In this document: piece after piece, positions 9,142-18,963 of the stretch
Layout: each line of letters opens with the position of its first letter
Numbering within the stretch: the stretch's first letter is position 1
Assembly: GCA_015063955.1 (NCBI GenBank)
Contig: SVTD01000002.1
Location: forward strand, 8,236 to 72,235
Direction: 5' to 3'
DNA: 64,000 nt
Origin: Oscillospiraceae bacterium
GTDB lineage: Bacteria > Bacillota > Clostridia > Oscillospirales > CAG-272
Translations under genes and position numbers: made by a program
Notes under the pieces: model-generated
Told to the model about the DNA's origin: nothing
Database searches by the model: none
What the model saw: only the letters and a program-made list of their open reading frames with translations

Positions 9142-10166
9142 AAACAGAATACTACCTTCTTTCAGAGTGCGAGGATAATGTATTCGAGAGGGCAGGACAG
9201 ATAATCCGTGAGGGAGGCCTTGTTGCTTTCCCAACGGAAACGGTATACGGTCTCGGAGGAGACGCATACGATCCCACGGCGGCAGAGCGTATCTTTGCCG
9301 CCAAGGGACGCCCCTCGGATAATCCCTTGATAGTTCACGTTGCAAGGCCCTCCGATGCAGAAAGCTTTGCCGTGACGAACGATACTTATTATAAGCTTGC
9401 CGAGCATTTTATGCCCGGCCCTTTGACGGTTATCCTTGAGAAAAAGGATAACATCCCAAAATCTGTAACGGGCGGACTTGATACCGTTGCAGTCCGCTGC
9501 CCCTCAAACGTTTACGCGAGAAGGCTTATAGAAGCGGCAGGAGTTCCCATAGCCGCCCCCAGCGCCAATATTTCGGGAAAGCCCTCCCCCACAAACGGAC
9601 GGCACGTCTACGAGGATATGGAAGGGAAGATCGCAATGATCCTTGACGGAGGCGACTGCGCCATCGGCGTTGAATCTACCGTAATCAGACTTGAAGAGGA
9701 CGGATGCACTATCCTTCGCCCCGGTGAGGTTATAGCCCGTGAGCTTGCAAGGGTTGTCGGAAACGTATACGTTGCAGAGGCGGTAACAGATCCTGCGGCG
9801 GCAGGAGAAAACCCCCAATCTCCCGGAATGAAATACCGCCATTATGCCCCGAAGGCAAAGCTTGTTCTGGTAGACGGAACAGACGAAGAGTTTGCCGGAT
9901 TTATCAACGAATATTCAGGACGGTGCGCCGTCCTTTCATACTCCGAAAATCTCGGAGACTATAAAAATGCCCTCGTTCTTGATGCAGGCTCAAGGGAGAG
10001 TGCTCACGAGCAGATGAAAAAGCTTTTCAGCGTTCTTCGAAGCTGTGACGAGATCGACTGCGAGATAATATTCGCACATCTCCCCCCGAAGACAGATGAT
10101 TTTCTGGCGCTCTATAACAGGATCATCCGCGCGGCGGGCAGTGAAGTGATATATCTCGCAAAATAA
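9138..10166 (+). CDS. tsaC: L-threonylcarbamoyladenylate synthase (Sua5/YwlC/TsaC, long form)
   Basis: 342 aa with the YrdC domain (VAFPTETVYGLGGDA, SANISGKPS) plus a Sua5 C-terminal domain. Confidence 0.85.
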   Translation: MKTEYYLLSECEDNVFERAGQIIREGGLVAFPTETVYGLGGDAYDPTAAERIFAAKGRPSDNPLIVHVARPSDAESFAVTNDTYYKLAEHFMPGPLTVILEKKDNIPKSVTGGLDTVAVRCPSNVYARRLIEAAGVPIAAPSANISGKPSPTNGRHVYEDMEGKIAMILDGGDCAIGVESTVIRLEEDGCTILRPGEVIARELARVVGNVYVAEAVTDPAAAGENPQSPGMKYRHYAPKAKLVLVDGTDEEFAGFINEYSGRCAVLSYSENLGDYKNALVLDAGSRESAHEQMKKLFSVLRSCDEIDCEIIFAHLPPKTDDFLALYNRIIRAAGSEVIYLAK

Positions 10167-10185
10167 CAGGAAAGGTAGAACTAAA

Positions 10186-12426
10186 GTGGCCCGTAAAAAG
10201 AAAACAGAGGTTATAGAAGAAGAGATCATCCCTGCCGAAATCGTAAATCAGCCCATAACTGAGACTATAGAAACAAACTATATGCCTTATGCTATGAGCG
10301 TTATCATTTCCCGTGCTATCCCCCAGATAGACGGCTTCAAGCCTTCTCACAGAAAGCTTCTCTATACCATGTATACAATGGGACTTATAAACGGTCAGAA
10401 AACAAAGAGCGCCAATATCGTTGGACAGACGATGAAGCTTAACCCTCACGGCGATGCGTCCATTTATGAAACAATGGTGCGTCTCACCCGCGGTCATGAG
10501 GCGCTCCTTTATCCCTTCGTGGATTCAAAGGGCTCCTTCGGTAAGCATTACAGCCGTGATATGGCTTATGCGGCATCCCGTTATACTGAGGCAAAGCTTG
10601 ATCCTATCTGTAACGAGATATTTGCAGGCATAGACCGCGACGCGGTTGACCTTGTTCCGAACTACGATAATACAACGACGGAGCCTGTGCTTCTTCCCAC
10701 AACGTTCCCAAATATTCTGGTTTCCCCCAATATGGGTATTGCGGTAGGTCTTGCATCAAATATCTGCTCCTTCAACCTTAGCGAAATATGCGACGGTACC
10801 GTTGCGCTTCTCAAAAATCCCCGCATATCCGTTGACAGAATGATGGATATCATCAAGGCCCCCGACTTCTCAACGGGCGGCTACCTTGTTTATGATAAGG
10901 ATCAGATGAAAAAGATCTTTGAAAAGGGAAGCGGATCAGTAAAGCTCCTTTCAAAGTATACCTACGATAAAAAGAATAACTGTATCGATATTCTTGAGAT
11001 CCCTTATTCCACCTCCATCGAGGCCATAATGAAAAAGCTTGTGGACCTTATTAAGGAGGGTAAGCTTAAGGAGGTCACCGATATGCGTGACGAGATCGAC
11101 CTCAAGGGCTTTAAGCTCACCCTCGACCTTCGCCGCGGCACAGACCCCGATAAGCTTATGGCAAAGCTTTATAAGATGACTCCCCTGAGAGACGAGTTCT
11201 CCTGTAACTTCAACGTCCTTATCGATTCCTCACCCCGTCAGCTTGGAGTTGTTGGAATCCTTGAGGAGTGGATAAAATTCCGTCTTGTGTGCCTTGGCCG
11301 CGAGATGCGCTTTAACCTTGCAAAGAAAAAGGATAAACTCCATCTCTTGAAGGCGCTTTCAAAGGTCCTTCTCGATATCGATAAGGCGATCAAGATCATA
11401 CGCGAAACGGAGAAGGAAGTGGACGTGGTTCCGCGCCTTATGGAGGGCTTCTCCATCGACCGTATTCAGGCCGAGTATATTGCAGAGATCAAGCTCCGTC
11501 ATCTTAACCACGAGTATCTTATCAACCGAGTTCACGAGATCGAGGGACTTCGCGCCGAGATCAAGGATATCGAGGATACCCTTGCAGACGAGATCAAGAT
11601 GAAGGCAAAGGTGGCAGAGCAGCTCAAGGATATAAAGAAGAAGTACTCAAAGCCCAGAAAAACTGAGATCATCTATGCGGATGAGGCTCCCGAGGAGCCT
11701 GTTGAGGAGGTAGTGGAGAATTATTCCTGCCGCGTTGTCCTCACCCGTGACGGATATTTCAAGAAGATCACCCATCAGTCCCTCCGCGGAAACGACGAGC
11801 ACCGCCTTAAGGACGGCGACGAGATCGTTTGCTCAGAGGACTGTGAAAACCGTCACGAGATGATCGTGTTCACCGATAAGTGTCAGGTATATAAGGCAAA
11901 GATATCTGCCTTCGAGCCCTGCAAGGCTTCAAGCCTCGGTGACTTCCTCCCATCAAAGCTTGGCTTTGACGAGGGAGAGCGTCCCATTATGATGAAGGTA
12001 ATGAACGAGACCTTCGATCAGAGCGCCCATATGATATTCATATTTGAAAACGGTAAGGGCGTAAGAGTGCCTCTTTCCTCCTACGAAACAAAGTCAAACA
12101 GAAGAAGACTCACAGGCGCATATTCCTCCGCATCCCCCATCGTTGCGGCGATTTACGAAAAGGAAACTACGGAAATACTTATCATTTCCGACGTTGGTAA
12201 GGGAATATTCATCAAGTCAAGCCTCATTCCCGAAAAGGCGACGAGAAGCGCTTCCGGTGTTATTCTTTATAACCTTAAAAAGAAGCAGAAGATCGTTGCG
12301 GCAGTGGCGGGAGATGATCTCAAAAAGTATCCCGATGCACAGAAGTGCAGAAAGATAAAGATCCCCGCAACCGGCTCCCCTCTGATGTTTCCCGATATTC
12401 AGGATATGCAGATCGGAATAGAGTAA
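10186..12426 (+). CDS. parC: Type IIA topoisomerase subunit A (ParC/GyrA family, probably topoisomerase IV subunit A)
   Basis: 746 aa with a GTG start. It carries the catalytic-Tyr region AASRYTEAKL and LPTTFPNILVSPNMGIAVG. It is shorter than a typical GyrA. No B subunit is adjacent in this window. Confidence 0.7.
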   Translation: MARKKKTEVIEEEIIPAEIVNQPITETIETNYMPYAMSVIISRAIPQIDGFKPSHRKLLYTMYTMGLINGQKTKSANIVGQTMKLNPHGDASIYETMVRLTRGHEALLYPFVDSKGSFGKHYSRDMAYAASRYTEAKLDPICNEIFAGIDRDAVDLVPNYDNTTTEPVLLPTTFPNILVSPNMGIAVGLASNICSFNLSEICDGTVALLKNPRISVDRMMDIIKAPDFSTGGYLVYDKDQMKKIFEKGSGSVKLLSKYTYDKKNNCIDILEIPYSTSIEAIMKKLVDLIKEGKLKEVTDMRDEIDLKGFKLTLDLRRGTDPDKLMAKLYKMTPLRDEFSCNFNVLIDSSPRQLGVVGILEEWIKFRLVCLGREMRFNLAKKKDKLHLLKALSKVLLDIDKAIKIIRETEKEVDVVPRLMEGFSIDRIQAEYIAEIKLRHLNHEYLINRVHEIEGLRAEIKDIEDTLADEIKMKAKVAEQLKDIKKKYSKPRKTEIIYADEAPEEPVEEVVENYSCRVVLTRDGYFKKITHQSLRGNDEHRLKDGDEIVCSEDCENRHEMIVFTDKCQVYKAKISAFEPCKASSLGDFLPSKLGFDEGERPIMMKVMNETFDQSAHMIFIFENGKGVRVPLSSYETKSNRRRLTGAYSSASPIVAAIYEKETTEILIISDVGKGIFIKSSLIPEKATRSASGVILYNLKKKQKIVAAVAGDDLKKYPDAQKCRKIKIPATGSPLMFPDIQDMQIGIE

Positions 12427-12443
12427 AGAAAGGAAAAACTATT

Positions 12444-12545
12444 ATGTCAGATAATGCAAGAAAGACGGTAGTTCGCGTTATTGCGATCATACTTGTTGCA
12501 CTTATGGTCGGCGGCTGTGCTTCAGCACTTATTTATGCCCTCTGA
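12444..12545 (+). CDS. Small hypothetical membrane peptide (33 aa)
   Basis: MSDNARKTVVRVIAIILVALMVGGCASALIYAL has a single TM helix and is preceded by AAAGGA. The longer ORF-track version (12345) overlaps parC and is unlikely. Confidence 0.35.
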   Translation: MSDNARKTVVRVIAIILVALMVGGCASALIYAL

Positions 12546-12548
12546 TAA

Positions 12549-13805
12549 ATGAATTATAAAAAAACAAGAATCGCCTGCTATACGGGGTATGTCACGCAGG
12601 CGATCGTTGTTAACTTAGCGCCCCTTTTATTTGTAATTTTTCAAAAGGATTTCGATTTCTCCCTTTCCTTTATTGCGGCAATAACTCTTATTACCTTTCT
12701 TTTGCAGATGGGAATCGATATTGCCGCCATTTATTTCGTTGAGAAGACCAGCTACCGCATCCTTGCGGTGTCCAGCCAGCTTACGGCGTGTATCGGACTC
12801 TGTCTTATGGCTTTTTTGCCGCGGATAATGATGCCCGAGGCGGGAATACTTTTAGCGGTTCTTGTTTATTCAACCGGCAGCGGACTTTGCGAGGTCGTTC
12901 TCAGTCCACTAATTGAGGCGATCCCCAAGGGCGGAGGAGAGAACCGCTCGTCCATGACCCTGATGCATTCCTTTTATGCCTGGGGGCAGGCGGCAGTTAT
13001 CCTTATAACAACGGTACTTCTGCGTTTTATCGGCGACGGACTTTGGTGGGTAATCCCCCTTGTCTGGGCGCTTATCCCCCTTTTCAATACTATAGCATTT
13101 ATGCGTGTTCCCCTTGCTGATATGACGGTACACGAGGAGGGAAGCGGTATTCGCAAAATGCTTCGCCGACCTGAATTTCTCGTAGCCTTTATGCTTATGA
13201 TATGCTCGGGCGCCAGTGAGCAGGCAATGGCTCAGTGGGCTTCGATGTTTTGTGAAACAGGTCTCGGAGTAGCAAAGGTCGTAGGCGATATTCTCGGTCC
13301 GTGTATGTTTGCCGTTATGATGGGAATAGGAAGAACGCTTCACGGTCTTTTCGGCGCAAAGCTGCAAATGCAAAGGCTTTTGCTTTGGCTTTCTGTATTT
13401 TGCGTCGGCTGTTATGCGGTAACGGTGTTTGTTCCCGTCCCCTTCTTATCTCTTCTGAGCTGCGGACTTTGCGGACTCGGTGTTTCCGTTATGTGGCCCG
13501 GTATGCTTGCACTGTGCTCGTCAAAATATCCTCTGGCGGGGGCATCTATGTTTGCCATCCTCGCCCTTGGAGGAGATATCGGCTGCTCCGTAGGCCCCTG
13601 GCTGACGGGAACGGTCTCCGATGCTGTAGTAAAGCTTGTAAATTCATCCGAAAATATATTTAATATTGCGAAAAGAGCAGGACTCACAGCAGATCAGCTG
13701 GGGCTCAGAGCAGGATTTCTTTCTGCAATGATCTTTCCGGCGCTGATGATCTTAGGAGTCGTGCTGCTTTCAATATCCGATAAAAGAACAAATGAAAAAA
13801 AGTGA
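12549..13805 (+). CDS. MFS transporter
   Basis: 418 aa with about 12 predicted hydrophobic helices and a pseudo-symmetric layout typical of MFS. The substrate is unknown. Confidence 0.7.
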   Translation: MNYKKTRIACYTGYVTQAIVVNLAPLLFVIFQKDFDFSLSFIAAITLITFLLQMGIDIAAIYFVEKTSYRILAVSSQLTACIGLCLMAFLPRIMMPEAGILLAVLVYSTGSGLCEVVLSPLIEAIPKGGGENRSSMTLMHSFYAWGQAAVILITTVLLRFIGDGLWWVIPLVWALIPLFNTIAFMRVPLADMTVHEEGSGIRKMLRRPEFLVAFMLMICSGASEQAMAQWASMFCETGLGVAKVVGDILGPCMFAVMMGIGRTLHGLFGAKLQMQRLLLWLSVFCVGCYAVTVFVPVPFLSLLSCGLCGLGVSVMWPGMLALCSSKYPLAGASMFAILALGGDIGCSVGPWLTGTVSDAVVKLVNSSENIFNIAKRAGLTADQLGLRAGFLSAMIFPALMILGVVLLSISDKRTNEKK

Positions 13806-15816
13806 TTTTCTGAAAAAAGCAAAGGAAATATTTCTTAAGATATGGAATATTCCCACACTTTTTTCTTTTATACTTGCCTTCGTTCTCGTAGGCGTAGTGG
13901 AGGCTCTTTCCCGCCACAGCTTTTTCGGCGGATGGGAGTTTTTGTTTGAGGAGCCTCTTTTTTATCTTGTGACGACGGTGTGCATCGCCGCTGTTCTGAC
14001 CCTTACATATTTTGCTCCCAAAAGGGTGTTTAGCCAGTTTTGCGTATGCTTTGTGGTGCTTGCAATGGCGATCGTCAATTTCGTATTGCTGTTCACAAGA
14101 ATAACTCCCTTCGAGGCTGTGGATTTTTCTATACTGAGAACGGGAATCTCCATTGTAAACGTCTATCTCAATACCTTCCAGCTTATCCTTTGTATAGCGG
14201 CAATAGTACTTGCTCTTGCAGGAGTCGTGGTGATTTTCATAAAGTCACCGAAGTCCCCGGTAAATATTAAGGATGCTCTGGTGTCGAGCATAGCGTCTGT
14301 AGTGCTTGCGTCCTTGGTCATAGTAGTATTTACCGCAACGGGAGTCTATCCCTCCTCCTTTAAGGATACCAATAAGGCCTATGATAAATACGGATTTGTT
14401 TATTGCTTCACCCGAAGCATTTTTGACCGCGGTATCGATGAGCCTGAGAATTATAACGAGCATTCCGTAGGGGAGATACTTGATCTCATCGGCGGAGACG
14501 ATACGAATAAGCCAAAGTCAAAGCCCAACGTAATTATCATCCAGCTTGAATCCTTTATGGATCCCTCAGCCCTCGTGGGTGTTGAATACGAATACGATCC
14601 CGTACCCAATTTCACGTCACTGAAGGAAAGCGGCACGAGCGGCATCCTTTACGTCCCCTCCGTGGGCTCGGGAACCGCCAATACGGAGTTTGAGGTGCTG
14701 ACGGGAATGTGCCTTGACTATTTCGGAACGGGAGAGTACCCCTATAAGACCATCCTGCAGTCAAAAAACTGTGAAACGGTGTGCTATAACCTTGCAGAGC
14801 TCGGCTATACCTCACACGCATTCCATAACCATACGGGAACCTTCTATAACAGAAACGTCGTTTATAAGAATCTCGGCTTCAATACCTTTACTCCTCTTGA
14901 ATATATGCATTCCTACAGCACGAATCAGCTTGGATGGGCAAAGGATTACGTTCTCGAGAATGAGATAATGACAGCCCTGCGCTCAACGGAGGAGCAGGAT
15001 TTCGTCTTTGCAGTAAGTGTTCAGGGACACGGTAAGTATCCCGAAAAGCCCGTAGAGGGTGAAAAGCTCATACCCGTCAGCGGAGTAGAGGAGGGACCCT
15101 ATAAGCATCAGCTCGAATACTACGGCTATCAGCTTTGGGAAATGGATGATTTTGTAGGAAAGCTCGTGAAGGCTCTCAGCGAGTACGACGAGGACTGCGT
15201 TCTCGTTCTGTACGGAGATCATCAGCCAAGCCTTGAATATGGCGAGGAGGATATTACATTCGGTGATAAGCACGCCTCCGAGTACGTCATCTGGGCAAAC
15301 TTCAAAATGGAGGAGCGGGACCGTGATCTTGAAGCGTATCAGCTTTCAGCGTATACCCTCGGTCAGATAGGCATAAATAACGGACTTCTCACAAAGCTTC
15401 ATCAGAACTATTCCGAACGGGATGACTACGAAAGCTCCATGCAGGTCCTTGAATACGATATGCTTTACGGAGATATGCTTTCCTACGGTGAAGGATTTGA
15501 ATACGTCTCTCCCGATATGAGTATGGGCATCCGCAAGATAAAGGTAACGGGGGTCAGCTACGTTAACGACAGCTATTACGTTCTCGGTGAAAACTTCACA
15601 AAGAGCAGTAAGATCTACGTAAACGGTAAGGCGCGTGATACTCTGTTTATCTCACCCACGGTATTGATACTGGACGGATACGAGCCCTCTGAGGGCGACA
15701 GCATCACGGTAATGCAGGTCACGAATGACTTCGTTGAGCTTGGTGAAACAGAGCCCTACCTTTTCAGCGGGATCACAAAAGAGAATCCCACAATCCCCGA
15801 TGATTTCGAGGATTGA
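13792..15816 (+). CDS. LTA synthase / sulfatase-family membrane protein (LtaS-like)
   Basis: 674 aa with about 5 N-terminal TM helices followed by an extracellular sulfatase-type domain (IIIQLESF, GSGTANTEFEVLTG, YGDHQPS). Confidence 0.75.
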   Translation: MKKSDFLKKAKEIFLKIWNIPTLFSFILAFVLVGVVEALSRHSFFGGWEFLFEEPLFYLVTTVCIAAVLTLTYFAPKRVFSQFCVCFVVLAMAIVNFVLLFTRITPFEAVDFSILRTGISIVNVYLNTFQLILCIAAIVLALAGVVVIFIKSPKSPVNIKDALVSSIASVVLASLVIVVFTATGVYPSSFKDTNKAYDKYGFVYCFTRSIFDRGIDEPENYNEHSVGEILDLIGGDDTNKPKSKPNVIIIQLESFMDPSALVGVEYEYDPVPNFTSLKESGTSGILYVPSVGSGTANTEFEVLTGMCLDYFGTGEYPYKTILQSKNCETVCYNLAELGYTSHAFHNHTGTFYNRNVVYKNLGFNTFTPLEYMHSYSTNQLGWAKDYVLENEIMTALRSTEEQDFVFAVSVQGHGKYPEKPVEGEKLIPVSGVEEGPYKHQLEYYGYQLWEMDDFVGKLVKALSEYDEDCVLVLYGDHQPSLEYGEEDITFGDKHASEYVIWANFKMEERDRDLEAYQLSAYTLGQIGINNGLLTKLHQNYSERDDYESSMQVLEYDMLYGDMLSYGEGFEYVSPDMSMGIRKIKVTGVSYVNDSYYVLGENFTKSSKIYVNGKARDTLFISPTVLILDGYEPSEGDSITVMQVTNDFVELGETEPYLFSGITKENPTIPDDFED

Positions 15817-15833
15817 TAAAACCGACTTCATAT

Positions 15834-15868
15834 AAAAAACAGCCGTTGCAATAGCAACGGCTGTTTTG
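15834..15868. terminator. Bidirectional rho-independent terminator
   Basis: aaaaaacagccgttgc-aata-gcaacggctgttttg lies between convergent genes. Confidence 0.85.
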
Positions 15869-15880
15869 ACTGTAGGTGAG

Positions 15881-17074
15881 TTATACTATCATACCGAGGA
15901 TCTCGTGCTTTTTCTCGTCTGCGGCGGCGAGAATTTCTGCGAGGGGAGCGCCGTTCTTGAAATATTCGTACATTTCAAGTGTGCAGATGGTGATACTGTC
16001 GTCCTTTTCAAGACCCGTAAGGGAAACGAGAGTATCAGCGGCGGTAGCTGTATCAAGTGCGTTTTCTACCATGTAGCAGTGGAGGGCTGCTGCTGCACCG
16101 GTGCAGATAAATACTGGGAATATTCCCATTTCAACACAGCTCTTTGCCGCACCCGTAAGGCGGTCAGAATTTGCAAGCTTACGGGGAATATCTCCGCCAA
16201 CACGGGCGCAGGTATCGCCAAGCTCACGGTTGTGGAAGCGGCGGATAAGGTCTGCCGCGTGGTCAAGAAGAGGTCTTATGGGAGTTTCGTATCTTGTGGA
16301 AAGTGCATCGCAGGACTCAAGCATCGCGTTGTGAACGAGGAGTCTTACGTTAGGATCAACGATGGAGTCGCAGATATACTCGTGTCCGAGGATGTTTCCG
16401 AGGTACGCGCAGATGGCGTGACCCATATTGTGGATAAAGAGCTTTCTTTCAATGTAGTAATGGAAGGGAGTGAAGGGAACCATGTTCAGGATCTCGGGAA
16501 CAGAGCCCTTGAAGGCTGCGCGGTCAACGGGGAGAACGCCGTATTCCTCAACGGCGATCTTGAGGGGATTGTCGTTTTCGCCTGTGGGCTTAGGCACGGG
16601 AACCATTCTGCCGACGGACGTTTCAACGAGACCTACCGTTGTAAGCTCCTCTTCTGTGAGCTGATCTGCGAGCAGCTCTCTGATGTATTCGTCCGCATCC
16701 ATAAGGTTTTCGCAGATAAGAAGGTTTGTGGAAGCCTTGCCTGCGGCATAGCGAGCCTTAACGCCTGCAACGAAGTTCGGGAGGATATACTTGATAGCCT
16801 TTGCTCCAACGCAGGTCGCACAGATGTCAGCCTCAAGGAGTGCCGCAACTGCCGCCTCGCGGTCGTTACCGTCAACGGCGCAAACGTTCTTTATTTCAAT
16901 GATCTTTTCTTCCTTGCCGCCAACGATGTGGAGGGGATAGCATCTGTCAGCATTCATTCTCTCAACCACGGGCTTTGCAACGTCGATAAAGGTAACGTTG
17001 AGACCTGCCTGAGAGAAGAGCGCGCCGATAAATCCGCGGCCGATATTGCCGGCACCGAAAATTACTGCATTCAT
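15881..17074 (-). CDS. mtlD: Mannitol-1-phosphate 5-dehydrogenase family protein
   Basis: The N-terminus MNAVIFGAGNIGRGFIG and the overall mannitol dehydrogenase pattern fit MtlD. The start is set at ATG 17074 (AAAGGA RBS). The 434-aa plus-strand ORF 15866..17170 is its codon-aligned antisense shadow. Confidence 0.75.
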   Translation of the reverse strand: MNAVIFGAGNIGRGFIGALFSQAGLNVTFIDVAKPVVERMNADRCYPLHIVGGKEEKIIEIKNVCAVDGNDREAAVAALLEADICATCVGAKAIKYILPNFVAGVKARYAAGKASTNLLICENLMDADEYIRELLADQLTEEELTTVGLVETSVGRMVPVPKPTGENDNPLKIAVEEYGVLPVDRAAFKGSVPEILNMVPFTPFHYYIERKLFIHNMGHAICAYLGNILGHEYICDSIVDPNVRLLVHNAMLESCDALSTRYETPIRPLLDHAADLIRRFHNRELGDTCARVGGDIPRKLANSDRLTGAAKSCVEMGIFPVFICTGAAAALHCYMVENALDTATAADTLVSLTGLEKDDSITICTLEMYEYFKNGAPLAEILAAADEKKHEILGMIV

Positions 17075-17195
17075 TATATAGATTCCTTTCAAAGAAATTA
17101 TTATCTTTTTTTATTATACCACCGTGTTATTTTGCGGTCAAGTTTACTTTTGGAAAAATATGTGGTATAATGAAAAAAGAAAGGCGGTGGCAATT

Positions 17196-17753
17196 ATGGG
17201 AATGACTTGGGAAGAGCTTGAATCGGCTTGCTCAGGCTGTCAGGAATGTCCTCTGGGAGGGACGAGAACGAATATAGTTATCGGAACGGGAAACCGTAAC
17301 GCTGATATTATGTTTGTCGGCGAGGCTCCGGGAGCAGACGAGGACAGAACGGGAATCCCCTTCGTTGGTGCCGCAGGCAAGCATCTTGATAAATTTCTCG
17401 CGGCAGTAGGCATTGCAAGAGAGGACGTGTATATTGCAAATATCCTGAAATGCCGCCCGCCCAATAACCGTGATCCTCTCCCCGAGGAACAGGACGTGTG
17501 CATTAAATACCTTCGCTGTCAGGTAAAGCTTATCCGCCCGAAGATAATCGTATGCCTTGGCAGAATCTCCGCAATGCGCCTTATCGATCCGGAATTCCGT
17601 ATTACGAAAATGCACGGACAGTTCTTCAAAAAGGGTGATTTCCATATCTGTGCCGTATATCACCCCTCCGCCCTCCTTCGCGACGCCTCCAAAAACGAGG
17701 ATATGTACCGCGATATGAAGGCGATAAAAAAGAAACTTGATGAATTAGCATAA
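17196..17753 (+). CDS. Uracil-DNA glycosylase, family 4
   Basis: It has Fe-S Cys motifs (CSGCQECPL) and FVGEAPGADED ... GIPFVGAAG ... HPS. The start is set at the MGMTWEEL methionine. Confidence 0.8.
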   Translation: MGMTWEELESACSGCQECPLGGTRTNIVIGTGNRNADIMFVGEAPGADEDRTGIPFVGAAGKHLDKFLAAVGIAREDVYIANILKCRPPNNRDPLPEEQDVCIKYLRCQVKLIRPKIIVCLGRISAMRLIDPEFRITKMHGQFFKKGDFHICAVYHPSALLRDASKNEDMYRDMKAIKKKLDELA

Positions 17754-17757
17754 TAAG

Positions 17758-17790
17758 CAAGGCTGTCGCACCCGCGACAGCCTTGCATTT
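17758..17790. terminator. Bidirectional rho-independent terminator
   Basis: caaggctgtcgc-accc-gcgacagccttg followed by cattttaa lies between convergent genes. Confidence 0.8.
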
Positions 17791-18947
17791 TAATTCAATT
17801 TATCGGAGAAGAACTGGTTTACGTCCTCACGGATGATTGCTTTTTGTACTATCCAGTTCTTTGTATACTGCAGAAGGATCGACTTATGAAGCTCTTCTGC
17901 TCCCATATAATAGATCAGGAAGCTTTCGGCCTCGGTAAAATCTTTGATGTCGAACTGATCTGCCATTGCAAGAACCCGCTCTTCATAAAACTCGTCTGTG
18001 TAGGTAATGTTTTCACGTCGCATTATGTAGTAGTATACCATCTGCTCAAAGCAGACGTTTTCGGCATACTCCTCCATATCCTTGTAGAATGCGTCAAGAT
18101 CTTCAACGCCGAAATACTTCTTTGCGTACTCGAGAAGGGTAAGCTCTTCCTTCTGTGCATCGGCGCGGGCGTTTGCCAGGGTCTCGTCATAGATCTCCTT
18201 GAATTCCTTTTCGGGAACCTTCTTGAGCTTTGAGTTCTCCATGATATACTTCCATGCAAGAACCTCCTTATAGCCCTTGATGTCCTCGTTCTTTTCCTTT
18301 ACAAGCTCCTGGATTATATAGTTATCCATGGACTCGCCGTAGTATCCGTAATGATCGTGATAGAACTGATCGTCAGTTCCGGAAAAATCAACCTCGTCTA
18401 TGTAGTTGAGGTATATCTCCATTTCGATCTCGCGGCCGGAGTTCATATAATCCTTGTAGAAGGGGTCGGGGATCTCCAGCGTAACCGTCTTCGTTTCGCC
18501 CTGCTTCATCCCCACAACGGCATCGTCAATGGCGGGAATACCGAAGTAATTGACACCGAGAAGGAAGGTCTGACCTATATCGTTGCTGTTCTTTTCAAAG
18601 GTAAAGAGGGAATAGAGGTCTCCCGTATCGGTGAATCTGCAGGTTGTAATAATATCAACGTAGTCATACTCACGGCAGGGACGGTCGGGGTCCTCGGTAC
18701 GGTCACAGTAATAGCCCGCAAGCTGCTTGAGCCTGTTGCTGATATCCTCTGCACTGGGGACGTATACAACCTCGGGAAGCTCGATCTCAGTATACTCGCA
18801 AACCTTTACGTATGAGGGAAGATAGTAATCGTAGGGCTCTCCCGTTCTGTCGTAAGCCTCGTAGCGCTCGTCCTTGCAGGCAACGAGCATAGAGGATAGA
18901 AGACATACGGTCAGGATAAGTGATGTGATTCTGGCGATTCTTTTCAT
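17790..18947 (-). CDS. Putative lipoprotein with a trigger-factor/FKBP-like foldase region
   Basis: There is a lipobox signal peptide (MKRIARITSLILTVCLLSSMLVAC). A central segment, GMKQGETKTVTLEIPDPF, resembles the trigger-factor PPIase domain. The function is uncertain. Confidence 0.45.
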   Translation of the reverse strand: MKRIARITSLILTVCLLSSMLVACKDERYEAYDRTGEPYDYYLPSYVKVCEYTEIELPEVVYVPSAEDISNRLKQLAGYYCDRTEDPDRPCREYDYVDIITTCRFTDTGDLYSLFTFEKNSNDIGQTFLLGVNYFGIPAIDDAVVGMKQGETKTVTLEIPDPFYKDYMNSGREIEMEIYLNYIDEVDFSGTDDQFYHDHYGYYGESMDNYIIQELVKEKNEDIKGYKEVLAWKYIMENSKLKKVPEKEFKEIYDETLANARADAQKEELTLLEYAKKYFGVEDLDAFYKDMEEYAENVCFEQMVYYYIMRRENITYTDEFYEERVLAMADQFDIKDFTEAESFLIYYMGAEELHKSILLQYTKNWIVQKAIIREDVNQFFSDKLN

Positions 18948-18963
18948 TTTAAATACCGTGCTT

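Noticed and set aside
15866-17170. A 434-aa plus-strand ORF, longer than the mtlD ORF it overlaps
   Set aside because: Its codons are exactly aligned antisense to mtlD; both triplet series start at positions congruent to 2 mod 3. It stays open only because the sense gene avoids the codons TTA, CTA and TCA. The translation is low-complexity and Cys/Val/Gly-rich, with no motifs or RBS. The minus strand has a clear Rossmann/MtlD signature.
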